Of a stretch of 32,000 nt of DNA, positions 17,619 through 30,009 are shown piece after piece (the first letter of the stretch is position 1; every line of letters starts with the position of its first letter). The notes beneath the pieces were generated by a model that did no database searches, was not told where the DNA came from, and worked only from the letters and a program-made list of their open reading frames with translations. Where the stretch lies: NCBI RefSeq assembly GCF_042660085.1, contig NZ_JBHSTI010000008.1:360001-392000 (forward strand), in the 5' to 3' direction. The stretch is from Longivirga aurantiaca. Lineage in GTDB: Bacteria; Actinomycetota; Actinomycetes; S36-B12; CAIYMF01. Both the position numbers and the translations under genes were made by a program.

Positions 17619-17942
17619 ATGATCTGCTGCCAGTTCATCTTCATGCCCGGCCAGTACGACGACGAGTTCCATCGGCTCGACGGCGAGATCGAGGCCTTCG
17701 CGCGCAGCCTGCCGGGGTTCGATCGGGTGGAGACCTGGCAGTCGGCCGACGGCCGCACCGTGAATGCGACGTACTACTTCGCGAACCGCGCGGCGCTCGC
17801 CGAGCTCTCCTCGTTCCCGCTGCACCTCGAGGCGAAGGGCAAGGTCGCCCGCTGGTCCGACGGCTACCGCATCGTCGCGAGCGAGGTCGACGGCCTGGCC
17901 GCGATGGGGCTCAGCCCGGGCGGTCGGTGGCGCTGCGAGTGA
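17619..17942 (+). CDS. Small conserved hypothetical, possibly ABM/ferredoxin-like dimeric fold
   Basis: MICCQFIFMPGQYDDEFHRLDGEIEAFARSLPGFDRVETWQS; ggagg 5 nt upstream; 32-bp antisense overlap with the next gene. Confidence 0.6.
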   Translation: MICCQFIFMPGQYDDEFHRLDGEIEAFARSLPGFDRVETWQSADGRTVNATYYFANRAALAELSSFPLHLEAKGKVARWSDGYRIVASEVDGLAAMGLSPGGRWRCE

Positions 17943-19788
17943 CGTGCACGATGTCGAACAGCGCGAAGTTCCAGCCCAGCCACGGGATCGGGAATCGGGC
18001 GCGGCGGATGTGGTCGCCGGCGAACTCCGTCTCGATCCATGCCCGCATCGCGGGGTAGTGGTTGCGATGGTCGATGGCGACGGTGCGCTCGTGGTCCTGG
18101 CCGAGCTTGCGCGCCTTGGGCACCATGACGATCCGACGTAGCAGCCGGAGCAGCATGCCGGGTTCCATGGGCAGGTAGATCGTGATCGTGCCGCCCGGTC
18201 GTGTCACCCGCCTCCACTCGGAGAGCGCCCGGTGCGGATGGTGCAGGTGGGCCAGGAGGCAGGTCGCGATGACGCGGTCGAACGAGGCGTTGTCGAGCCC
18301 GCCGAGGTCCTCGGCGTCGAGCCGGGCGCGCACGACCGAACCGCCTGGCTCGACGCGGCGTACGGCGTCTCCGGCAGGCACCAGCAGGTCGGTCTCCAGG
18401 TAGGAGTCGAAGTCCCGCACGTACGCGGCGTGCTGCCCGGCGCCGGCGCCGAGCTCCAGCACCCGTCCCGAGGAGCTCGCCCTGAACGGGCGCTCCATGA
18501 GCCGGTGCACCCAGTCGGAGACGAAGCCGACGGCGCCGGTGTACATCACGGACTCGTACGCCTCGCCGTAGTAGCGGTCGAGTGAGCGCGACAGGCGCCG
18601 GTCGGTGGCGGCCGAGGCCTGCCAGACAAGGACAAGGAGCCAGCCGAGCAGCACCACGTAGAGCATCGTGTAGCGGTCGGGCAACGGTGCGGGCACCCGC
18701 GCCGGCAGCATGAGCAGCACCGTGATCAGAGTGGCGCCGGCCAGCCGCACCCGATGCCGGCCGTCGCCCACAAGGGCCAGAAGCGCGGTGACCACCCACA
18801 CTGCGTGGTGGTGCCAGGAGATAGGGGTGACCAGCACGCTCGCGAGCCCGAGGATGCCCACGGCCGCCACAGGCTGCTGCACCCGCACTGCGCGCGAGGC
18901 GCCGGTCAGCCCGAGTGCGAGTGTCAGCGCGATCAGGACGAGCCACAGCGTGCTGGCGGCTGGCGACGGCAGGCCGTCGACCAGCCCTCGCCACGACTGG
19001 TTCATGACGGAGTCGCCGAACCCGTCGATCTGCTCGTTCGTGCGGAACAGCACGAGTCGCTCGACGTATGTCGCGGTGTCGCCCCGCAGGACAACAGCAG
19101 CCAGCAGCCAGCAGCCGGCCGTCGTCGCGAGAGCTGTGACCGCCGCGCGGTACTGGCGCGTGGCGAGCCAGTGCAGCACGAAGATGCCAGGGGTCAGCTT
19201 CACTGCCGTCGCGATGCCGACCAGGACTCCTTGCGCGCGGGGGAGGCGGCGCCCGACCACGAGGTAGTCGATGCAGCAGCCGAGCATCAGGAGCAGTCCG
19301 AGCTGTCCCAGAGCCAGGACCTCGGCGACGGGGGTGACGGTCAGCGCGACGAGGGTGAGCCCGACCACGAGGAGTGCACGCCCGAAGGCGTCCGGGGCTC
19401 GGCGCAGCAGCGGCTGTCCCGTGAGCAGGATGACGAGGGCGAGGGCGCCGGCGTTCACCACGTACGAGAGCGGGAAGAGGATCTCGAGCGGTGCCATCGT
19501 GAGCGGCGTCATGACCAGACCGCCGAAGGGCGGGTAGGTCCAGTAGCCCGGCGCGAACTTGACGTCGTACAACGGCTGCCCGGAGGAGATGACCTCGCCC
19601 GCTTGGCGGTAGACGGAGAGGTCGGACGCATCCCAGGTGATGAAGGCCCAAGCGGTGTACCACTGCATCAGGGCCGCGATGCTGGCGGCCGCGGTCAGGA
19701 CGAGGATCACGCTGACGACGAGGAGCTTCGAGTCGCGGGCATCCTCGGCGCGGACGGCAGGCGTCTGCTGTACCCCGCTGAGAGTCAT
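17911..19788 (-). CDS. GT87-like (DUF2029) polyprenyl-sugar glycosyltransferase fused to a class-I SAM-dependent methyltransferase
   Basis: 625 aa in one open frame: multi-TM N-terminal part with SDLSVYRQAGEVISSGQPLYD and VLVGIATAVKLTPGIFVLHWLATRQYRAA; C-terminal motif I RVLELGAGAGQHAAYV and FDRVIATCLLAHLHHPHRALSEWRRVTRPGGTITIYLP. Confidence 0.85.
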   Translation of the reverse strand: MTLSGVQQTPAVRAEDARDSKLLVVSVILVLTAAASIAALMQWYTAWAFITWDASDLSVYRQAGEVISSGQPLYDVKFAPGYWTYPPFGGLVMTPLTMAPLEILFPLSYVVNAGALALVILLTGQPLLRRAPDAFGRALLVVGLTLVALTVTPVAEVLALGQLGLLLMLGCCIDYLVVGRRLPRAQGVLVGIATAVKLTPGIFVLHWLATRQYRAAVTALATTAGCWLLAAVVLRGDTATYVERLVLFRTNEQIDGFGDSVMNQSWRGLVDGLPSPAASTLWLVLIALTLALGLTGASRAVRVQQPVAAVGILGLASVLVTPISWHHHAVWVVTALLALVGDGRHRVRLAGATLITVLLMLPARVPAPLPDRYTMLYVVLLGWLLVLVWQASAATDRRLSRSLDRYYGEAYESVMYTGAVGFVSDWVHRLMERPFRASSSGRVLELGAGAGQHAAYVRDFDSYLETDLLVPAGDAVRRVEPGGSVVRARLDAEDLGGLDNASFDRVIATCLLAHLHHPHRALSEWRRVTRPGGTITIYLPMEPGMLLRLLRRIVMVPKARKLGQDHERTVAIDHRNHYPAMRAWIETEFAGDHIRRARFPIPWLGWNFALFDIVHVTRSATDRPG

Positions 19789-20012
19789 GCCGTCCTTCGT
19801 CCGCCGCCCGATGGTCACAGGATGTAGTGGGGCGGGTGGTCGCTTCGTCGGCCGAACGGCTGATTCGTCGCCGCATGAAGGCGATCCCCGCACACCCCGG
19901 GCACATCGCGGCGCGTGACGAGCACCGGATGGCCCAGCGAACGGCAGAGGCTTGCCCTCGACCGTTCAGTGGACCGGGGGCGCCCGAGCGTGCGCTGGGT
20001 GAGGATGGGGAG

Positions 20013-22037
<2,025 letters not shown>

Positions 22038-22082
22038 GCGATCAGGCTGGACGCAAGCCTGTAATGAAGTAATCATGCTTGC

Positions 22083-22592
22083 ATGACAACAGAGGAGATC
22101 CGGGGCTGGCTCGTGGGCCGGCTCCCGCAGGACTGGTTCGACGGCACCCCCGAGGTGACGATCGACCGCGAGGAGATCACCGTCGTCGGCACCCTCACGG
22201 TGCCCGACCTCCCCGACACCGCGTCCGACGCCGAGCGCGCAGCCGCTCGTCGCGGCCGGGTGAAGGGCTTCCGCGAGGACACCCGCGATAAGCGCATCGA
22301 GATCGCGCGCGAGATCGAGCACCGCACGGACCGCAAGGTGGCGTGGGGCGTGAAGGTCGGCGACGAGCAGGTGCTGTTCACGCACCTCGCCGTGCCGGTG
22401 ATGACGCGGCTGCGTCAGCCGGAGCGCGCGGTGCTCGACACCCTGGTCGACGCCGGCGTGGCACGCTCGCGCGCCGAGGCGCTGGCCTGGTGCGTGAAGC
22501 TCGTGGGCAAGAACGCCGACGACTGGCTCGGCCAGCTGCGGTCGGCGATGGAGGAGGTCGAGCGCGTGCGCGCGACCGGCCCGACCAGCTAG
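22083..22592 (+). CDS. Conserved hypothetical protein
   Basis: 169 aa ORF, MTTEEIRGWLVGRLPQDWFDGTPEVTIDREEITVVGTL; actinobacterial codon bias and placement between YyaL-type gene and trhA. Confidence 0.75.
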   Translation: MTTEEIRGWLVGRLPQDWFDGTPEVTIDREEITVVGTLTVPDLPDTASDAERAAARRGRVKGFREDTRDKRIEIAREIEHRTDRKVAWGVKVGDEQVLFTHLAVPVMTRLRQPERAVLDTLVDAGVARSRAEALAWCVKLVGKNADDWLGQLRSAMEEVERVRATGPTS

Positions 22593-22603
22593 ACCCGTTC
22601 GAC

Positions 22604-22641
22604 ACGACGGCGCCCGCACCGAGAGGTGCGGGCGCCGTCGT
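22604..22641. terminator. Bidirectional terminator between convergent genes
   Basis: ACGACGGCGCCCGCACC-GAGA-GGTGCGGGCGCCGTCGT, 17-bp arms. Confidence 0.9.
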
Positions 22642-22653
22642 CGTACGTGCGCG

Positions 22654-23325
22654 TCAGCGGGTGGAGTACAGGACCAGCGAGACGGCGATGTACTGGGTGA
22701 TGAAGCCCGCGAGCGTCAGCGCGTGGAAGATCTCGTGGAAGCCGAACCAGGTCGGCGACGGGTTGGGCCGCTTGAGCGCGTAGACGATGCCGCCTGCGGA
22801 GTAGCAGAGGCCGCCGACCGCCAGCAGGATCACGACGGCCGGTCCGCCCGCGGCCCAGAACGCCGGCAGGTAGAAGACCGCGACCCAGCCGAGCGCGATG
22901 TAGATCGGCGTGTAGAGCCAGCGCGGGGCGCCGACCCAGAACACGCGGAACAGCACGCCGAGGATCGCGCCCGTCCAGACGAGGATCAGCAGCGTGCGCT
23001 CCTGCTCCCACGGCAGCAGCACCACCGCGAACGGCGTATAGCTGCCCGCGATGATGAGGAAGATGTTCGAGTGGTCGAGGCGCTTGAGCAGCACCGTGAC
23101 CCGCGGGCTCCAGGTGAAGCGGTGGTAGACCGCGCTCGTGCCGAAGAGCATCACGGCGGTGATCGAGTAGAGCGCGGCGGCCCAGCGGTACTCCGCGGGC
23201 GTCAGCGCCACCAGCACGATGCCCAGCACGAGCGCGACCGGGGCCATGCCGGCGTGCAGCCAGCCGCGCAGGTGCGGCTTCTCCGGGGCGGCGGCAGGGG
23301 CGACGGAGGTGTCAGCGGCGTTCAC
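22654..23325 (-). CDS. trhA: Hemolysin III family / TrhA membrane protein
   Basis: Seven-TM protein: GTSAVYHRFTWSPRVTVLLKRLDHSNIFLIIAGSYTPFAVVLL...WFGFHEIFHALTLAGFITQYIAV. Confidence 0.93.
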   Translation of the reverse strand: MNAADTSVAPAAAPEKPHLRGWLHAGMAPVALVLGIVLVALTPAEYRWAAALYSITAVMLFGTSAVYHRFTWSPRVTVLLKRLDHSNIFLIIAGSYTPFAVVLLPWEQERTLLILVWTGAILGVLFRVFWVGAPRWLYTPIYIALGWVAVFYLPAFWAAGGPAVVILLAVGGLCYSAGGIVYALKRPNPSPTWFGFHEIFHALTLAGFITQYIAVSLVLYSTR

Positions 23326-23336
23326 TACTAGAGCGT

Positions 23337-23356
23337 AACCTACGCAACCGTAGGTT
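23337..23356. promoter_or_regulatory. Perfect inverted repeat AACCTACG-CAAC-CGTAGGTT, candidate TetR-like operator
   Basis: 8-bp perfect arms 23337-23344 and 23349-23356, 11 nt upstream of the trhA GTG. Confidence 0.65.
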
Positions 23357-23533
23357 GGCACGTGGCGGGGGCCGCGCTGATCGCCACGCACGGGGTGCCG
23401 CCCTGCGGCCGGCAGGGGAGACCCGACCGTGTCCCGGCAGTCCCCCGTACGCGACTCGGACGCGGGTACCCTCGCGCATGGACGTCCGACCGCAGGGTCG
23501 GGCGTCGACCTCACAGGAAGGGCGCGAGCTGCG

Positions 23534-24295
23534 GTGGCGCTGAGCGATGTCCTGTACGGCGTGTACGAGCGCCGGCTCGTCGCCTCGCTGGACCGCACCA
23601 GGATCCCGCGGCACGTCGGCGTCATCCTCGACGGAAACCGGCGCTGGGCGGCCGACCAGGGCTCGAGCACGGCGCACGGGCATCGCGCCGGTGCCGCCAA
23701 GATCGAGGACCTCCTCGGCTGGTGCGAGGAGGTCGACGTCGAGGTCGTCACGCTGTGGCTGCTCTCGACCGACAACCTCGAGCGCCCGGCCGGCGAGCTC
23801 GACCCGCTCCTCGCGATCATCGAGGAGACCGTGACGGGCCTGGCCTCGCACGGCACCTGGCGGATCCACCCCGTCGGCGCGCTCGACCTCCTGCCCGCGC
23901 ACACCGCCGAGGTCCTCAAGAAGGCCGAGTCGGACACCTCCACGCGCAGCGGCATCATCGTGAACGTCGCGGTCGGGTACGGCGGGCGGCGCGAGGTCGT
24001 CGACGCCGTCCGCGCCCTGCTCGCCGAGCACGCGGCACGCGGCACCACCCTCGACGACCTGGCCGCCGCGGTCGACGTCGAGCACATCGCCGAGCACCTC
24101 TACACCGCCGGCCAGCCCGACCCCGACCTCGTCATCCGCACCTCGGGGGAGCAGCGGCTGTCGGGGTTCCTGCTCTGGCAGAGCGCGCACACCGAGCTGT
24201 ACTTCTGCGAGGCCTACTGGCCCGACTTCCGCAAGGTCGACTTCCTGCGCGCGCTGCGCGCCTACGCCGCACGCGGCCGCCGCTTCGGCTCCTGA
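23534..24295 (+). CDS. uppS: Isoprenyl transferase ((Z)-polyprenyl diphosphate synthase family)
   Basis: HVGVILDGNRRWAADQG...TLWLLSTDNLERP...IRTSGEQRLSGFLLWQSAHTELYFCEAYWPDFRKVDFLRALRAY. Frame is open from 23429; GTG 23534 chosen from typical N-terminus VALSDVLYGVYERRL. Confidence 0.93.
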   Translation: MALSDVLYGVYERRLVASLDRTRIPRHVGVILDGNRRWAADQGSSTAHGHRAGAAKIEDLLGWCEEVDVEVVTLWLLSTDNLERPAGELDPLLAIIEETVTGLASHGTWRIHPVGALDLLPAHTAEVLKKAESDTSTRSGIIVNVAVGYGGRREVVDAVRALLAEHAARGTTLDDLAAAVDVEHIAEHLYTAGQPDPDLVIRTSGEQRLSGFLLWQSAHTELYFCEAYWPDFRKVDFLRALRAYAARGRRFGS

Positions 24296-24347
24296 GCCGC
24301 CTCCGGCGTGGTGAAGGCCGGGAATGGTGCGCTCATAGCAGCGAAGT

Positions 24348-24390
24348 CCCCTACCGGGCGAGGGCTTCGCCCATCGTCGCCCGGCGGGGG
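24348..24390 (+). promoter_or_regulatory. Nested hairpin in the leader/upstream region of PIN-PhoH
   Basis: CCCC-ta-CCGGGCGA-[GGGC ttc GCCC]-atcg-TCGCCCGG-cg-GGGG read directly. Could also be a terminator for the upstream prenyl transferase gene. Confidence 0.5.
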
Positions 24391-24576
24391 CCCACCCTTC
24401 ATCGCATACAGAGGGGCGGGGTGGAGGGCGCGTAACCCGGTGTTCGCACGGGTTCGGCCGGTGGGCGGACATCGACCCCCGCGCACGGCGTGTCGGGACG
24501 GGAACGGCTCGGAGCAGGCATAGCGTCGCAGTCATTCGGGCTGCCGCCCGGGCGGCCCGCCTTCGGGGAGGCCCTT

Positions 24577-25908
24577 GTGCCCAACGCGAGCCAGAGCCCG
24601 TCGTCCACCCCCGCCACCGGTGTCCGCACCCACGTCCTCGACACCTCGGTGCTGCTCTCGGATCCGCACGCGATCCTGCGCTTCGCCGAGCACGAGGTCG
24701 TCATCCCGGTCGTCGTGGTGGTGGAGCTCGAGGCCAAACGCTCGCACCCCGAGCTCGGGTACTTCGCCCGGCAGGCGCTGCGCCTGCTCGACGACCTGCG
24801 CGTGAAGCACGGCCGGCTCGACGACCCGATGCCCGTCGGGGATCGCGGCGGCACGCTCCGCGTCGAGCTCAACCACTCCGACGTCTCGGTGCTGCCCAAG
24901 GGGATGCAGCTCGCCGACAACGACACGCGCATCCTGGCCGTCGCCAAGAACCTCGCCGCCGACGGCCGCGACGTCGTGCTCGTCAGCAAGGACCTGCCGA
25001 TGCGCGTCAAGGCCTCGGCGGTCGGACTGGCCGCCGAGGAGTACCGCGCGGAGACGGTGGTCGAGACCGGCTGGACCGGCATGACCGAGCTCGACGTGCC
25101 GGGCACCGTGGTCGACGCCCTGTACGAGGAGGACCGGATCGACCTCGAGGAGGCGCGCGAGCTCCCGTGCCACACGGGTCTCGTGCTGGTCTCCGAGCGA
25201 GGCAGCGCCCTCGGCCGAGTCACGGCCGACAAGCAGGTGCGCCTCGTGCGCGGCGACCGCGAGGCCTTCGGGCTGCACGGTCGCAGCGCCGAGCAGCGCG
25301 TGGCCCTCGACATCCTCCTCGACCCCGAGGTCGGGATCATCTCCCTCGGCGGACGGGCCGGCACCGGCAAGTCCGCGCTCGCCCTGTGCGCGGGCCTCGA
25401 GGCGGTGCTCGAGCGGCGCCAGCACCGCAAGGTCATCGTCTTCCGGCCGCTCTACGCAGTCGGCGGCCAGGAGCTCGGCTACCTGCCCGGCAGCGAGAGC
25501 GAGAAGATGTCGCCCTGGGGCCAGGCGGTGTTCGACACCCTCGGCGCCGTGACGACCCAGGAGGTCGTCGAGGAGGTCGTCGAGCGCGGCATGCTCGAGG
25601 TGCTCCCGCTGACCCACATCCGCGGCCGCTCGCTGCACGACGCGTTCGTCATCGTCGACGAGGCGCAGTCGCTCGAGCGCAACGTGCTGCTCACCGTGCT
25701 GTCGCGCATCGGCCGCGACTCGCGCGTCGTCCTCACCCACGACGTCGCGCAGCGCGACAACCTGCACGTCGGCCGGCACGACGGCGTCGTGGCCGTCGTC
25801 GAGAAGCTCAAGGGGCACCCGCTGTTCGCCCACATCACGCTGACCCGCAGCGAGCGGAGCCCGATCGCCGCGCTCGTCACCGAGATGCTCGAGGACCTGC
25901 CGGTCTAG
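24577..25908 (+). CDS. PIN domain-PhoH ATPase fusion protein (PhoH family, YlaK/PhoH2 type)
   Basis: PIN: [35 protein letters not shown]; PhoH: [27 protein letters not shown]...[18 protein letters not shown]; ggggagg before GTG. Confidence 0.95.
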   Translation: MPNASQSPSSTPATGVRTHVLDTSVLLSDPHAILRFAEHEVVIPVVVVVELEAKRSHPELGYFARQALRLLDDLRVKHGRLDDPMPVGDRGGTLRVELNHSDVSVLPKGMQLADNDTRILAVAKNLAADGRDVVLVSKDLPMRVKASAVGLAAEEYRAETVVETGWTGMTELDVPGTVVDALYEEDRIDLEEARELPCHTGLVLVSERGSALGRVTADKQVRLVRGDREAFGLHGRSAEQRVALDILLDPEVGIISLGGRAGTGKSALALCAGLEAVLERRQHRKVIVFRPLYAVGGQELGYLPGSESEKMSPWGQAVFDTLGAVTTQEVVEEVVERGMLEVLPLTHIRGRSLHDAFVIVDEAQSLERNVLLTVLSRIGRDSRVVLTHDVAQRDNLHVGRHDGVVAVVEKLKGHPLFAHITLTRSERSPIAALVTEMLEDLPV

Positions 25909-25930
25909 GCCCCCACCCGGCTGCCCGACG

Positions 25931-25963
25931 CGGACCGTCACCCGTTCGGCGGGTGGCGGTCCG
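25931..25963 (+). terminator. Hairpin terminator after PIN-PhoH
   Basis: CGGACCGTCACCCG-TTCGG-CGGGTGGCGGTCCG, 14-bp arms with one G:U, 22 nt after stop. Confidence 0.8.
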
Positions 25964-26446
25964 TGGTCGTCCCGAGACCCTCCGTGCGCCGGTATCCCTC
26001 GATCTGGTGTTGAGACTCCGCTCACCCGCCGCCCGTGGCTTTGTGGCGCCCGTCACAGGTTGTGTCCGATTCGCCCTAGAACTGCCCGAACATGCCCTGT
26101 GGACAAACCCTCGAGGTGACCCTGAGCACGTCCGAACGGGTTGGCGCTGTCGGAGATACCGGGCAAGGTTGATAACGAAATGATCCCGCGCCCGGGATCG
26201 AGAGGGGCCCGGAGGCCCGCGACACCACGCTCCACCGGCGTCGCAGCACCGGGCAGGTCGCACGCTGGAGCGCGACCGCTCGTCCTCCTCGCACCAGGCG
26301 CCGCCCCGGCCGTCAGGCCGCACCACCCAGGGGCCAGCTCGTCCGGCTCGCACCGAGTGTTCTCCGGTTCGCGTGCGCGTCGGACCCGTGCCAGGGATCT
26401 CACCGCGGGGACGTCCGGAGCGTCGCCGCCTGATGAAGGACTGCAT

Positions 26447-27049
26447 GTGAGCACGACCAACCTGTACGGGGATCTGCGTCGCCGCGCCAGCGTCGTCGTC
26501 GGAGCCGCCGTCACGGTGGGCCTGCTGGCGTCCGTCGCCCCCGCTCCCGTGGTGTCACCGGCCAACGCCGAGATCGGCACCACGACCACCTCCACCTCGG
26601 GCCTCGCGGCCGGCGCGGTGACGGCCACGAGCCTCACCCCCGTGATCGCGACGTCCACCACCTCCACCACGAGCCGCCTCGCGACCACGTCGCGGTCGAT
26701 CACGCGCGTCGCGGTCGTCGCGCCGTACGCGTTCGGCACCACCTCGTACAACAAGTGGTGGGCCCGCTACTACATGGTCACCAAGTACGGCTGGAAGACC
26801 ACCAGCCAGTACACGTGCCTGGTCAACCTGTGGCAGCGCGAGAGCAACTGGCGGCACACGTCGCACAACGCCTACTCCGGCGCGCACGGCATCCCGCAGG
26901 CCCTCCCGGGGTCGAAGATGGCCGTCGCCGGAGCCGACTGGCGCACCAACCCCAAGACCCAGATCCGTTGGGGCCTGTCGTACATCAAGGGCCGCTACGG
27001 CACCCCGTGCGGCGCCTGGAACGCGTTCCAGTACAAGGGCTGGTACTGA
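26447..27049 (+). CDS. Exported transglycosylase-like (SLT/lysozyme-like fold) protein
   Basis: GTG start; signal-like segment ASVVVGAAVTVGLLASVAPAPVVSPANA; C-terminal TCLVNLWQRESNWRHTSHNAYSGAHGIPQALPGSKM...NPKTQIRWGLSYIKGRYGTPCGAWNAF. Confidence 0.88.
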   Translation: MSTTNLYGDLRRRASVVVGAAVTVGLLASVAPAPVVSPANAEIGTTTTSTSGLAAGAVTATSLTPVIATSTTSTTSRLATTSRSITRVAVVAPYAFGTTSYNKWWARYYMVTKYGWKTTSQYTCLVNLWQRESNWRHTSHNAYSGAHGIPQALPGSKMAVAGADWRTNPKTQIRWGLSYIKGRYGTPCGAWNAFQYKGWY

Positions 27050-27071
27050 CGCCCCGCGTCACCTGACCTGA

Positions 27072-27118
27072 ACGAAGGGCCGGTATCCGTTGCACTGCAA
27101 CGGATACCGGCCCTTCGT
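27072..27118. terminator. Very long bidirectional hairpin between convergent genes
   Basis: ACGAAGGGCCGGTATCCGTTGCA-C-TGCAACGGATACCGGCCCTTCGT, 23-bp perfect arms around a single central nucleotide. Confidence 0.9.
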
Positions 27119-27129
27119 CGTTCGTCGGG

Positions 27130-28797
<1,668 letters not shown>

Positions 28798-28930
28798 GGG
28801 GCGAGCCTACGTCCGGGGCGTCCTGGGCGTCCGTGTCAGACCCGTCACTCCAGGGGAATGGCAGCAGTCGGGCGGTGGTTGCGGTCGTGGCGGAGTTACG
28901 CCACGCGTATCCCCCATGAGAGGCCCGTCC

Positions 28931-29995
28931 ATGAGCCAGCTCTTCGCGCCGATCACGCTGCGCGGCACGACGTTCGCCAACCGCGTGTGGGTGAGCCCCA
29001 TGTGCCAGTACAGCTCGGTGGAGGGCTTCCCGACCACGTGGCACCTGCCGCACCTCGGCGCGCTCGCGACAGGCCGCCCGGGGCTCCTGCTCACCGAGGC
29101 GACGGCCGTGACCCCGGAGGGCCGGATCAGCCCTGAGGACCTCGGGCTCTGGAGCGACGGCCACGCCCAGGCGATCGCACCCCTCGTCGACTTCGCCCAC
29201 GGCCAGGGGGTGCCGTTCGGAATCCAGCTCGCGCACGCCGGACGCAAGGCCTCGACGTGGTCGCCGTGGAAGGGTCACGGCTCGGTGCCGGAGGCCGACG
29301 GCGGATGGCAGACGATCGCGCCGTCCGCCGTCGCGTTCGGCGACTTCGCCGTCCCGCGCGCGATGGCCGAGCACCACCTCGACGCGATCCGCGAGGGCTT
29401 CGTCGCGGCCGCGCGGCGCGCCCACCGCATCGGCGTCGACACCGTCGAGATCCACGCGGCGCACGGCTACCTGCTGCACGAGTTCCTGTCGCCGCTGTCG
29501 AACCTGCGCGAGGACGAGTACGGCGGCAGCCTCGAGAACCGCATGCGCTTCCCGCTCGAGATCGTCGAGGCCGTCCGTGCCGCCTGGCCGGACGACAAGC
29601 CGCTGCTCTTCCGGGTGTCGGCGACCGACTGGGTCGACGGCGGGTGGGACGTGGAGTCGACCGTCGTGCTCGCGGGCGAGCTGAGGGCCCGTGGCGTCGA
29701 CCTCGTCGACGTGTCGAGCGCAGGCCTGCACCACGACCAGAAGATCGAGGTGGGTCCGGGCTACCAGGTGCCCTTCGCCGCGCAGGTGCGGGCGGAGGCG
29801 GGCATCCCCACGGGCGCCGTGGGGCTCATCACCGAGCCGCACCAGGCCGAGTCGATCGTCGCCGAGGGCTCGGCCGACGTCGTCCTCCTCGCCCGTGCGC
29901 TGCTGCGCGAGCCCCGCTGGCCGCTGCTCGCCGCGCACACGCTCGGGGCCGACATCGCCTGGCCCGAGCAGTACCAGCGCGCGCAGCCCCGCTGA
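28931..29995 (+). CDS. NADH:flavin oxidoreductase / Old Yellow Enzyme family (YqjM-like)
   Basis: LFAPITLRGTTFANRVWVSPMCQYSSVEGFPTTWHLPHLGALATGRPGLLLTEATAVTPEGRISPEDLG...HAAHGYLLHEFLSPLSNLREDEYGGSLENRMRFPLE. Confidence 0.95.
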   Translation: MSQLFAPITLRGTTFANRVWVSPMCQYSSVEGFPTTWHLPHLGALATGRPGLLLTEATAVTPEGRISPEDLGLWSDGHAQAIAPLVDFAHGQGVPFGIQLAHAGRKASTWSPWKGHGSVPEADGGWQTIAPSAVAFGDFAVPRAMAEHHLDAIREGFVAAARRAHRIGVDTVEIHAAHGYLLHEFLSPLSNLREDEYGGSLENRMRFPLEIVEAVRAAWPDDKPLLFRVSATDWVDGGWDVESTVVLAGELRARGVDLVDVSSAGLHHDQKIEVGPGYQVPFAAQVRAEAGIPTGAVGLITEPHQAESIVAEGSADVVLLARALLREPRWPLLAAHTLGADIAWPEQYQRAQPR

Positions 29996-30009
29996 TCGGG
30001 GCGGCGCCG

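Noticed and set aside
23312-25436. Large minus-strand ORFs opposite the prenyl transferase and PhoH genes
   Set aside because: Both overlap strongly supported + strand genes and show no domain motifs.
25964-26446. Possible ydaO/yuaA (c-di-AMP) riboswitch upstream of the cell-wall hydrolase-like gene
   Set aside because: Genomic context fits, but I could not find the conserved GGGGGAACCCA/GGGUGAAUC/CCCGUCAGCUAA core elements. Only a cmscan could settle this.
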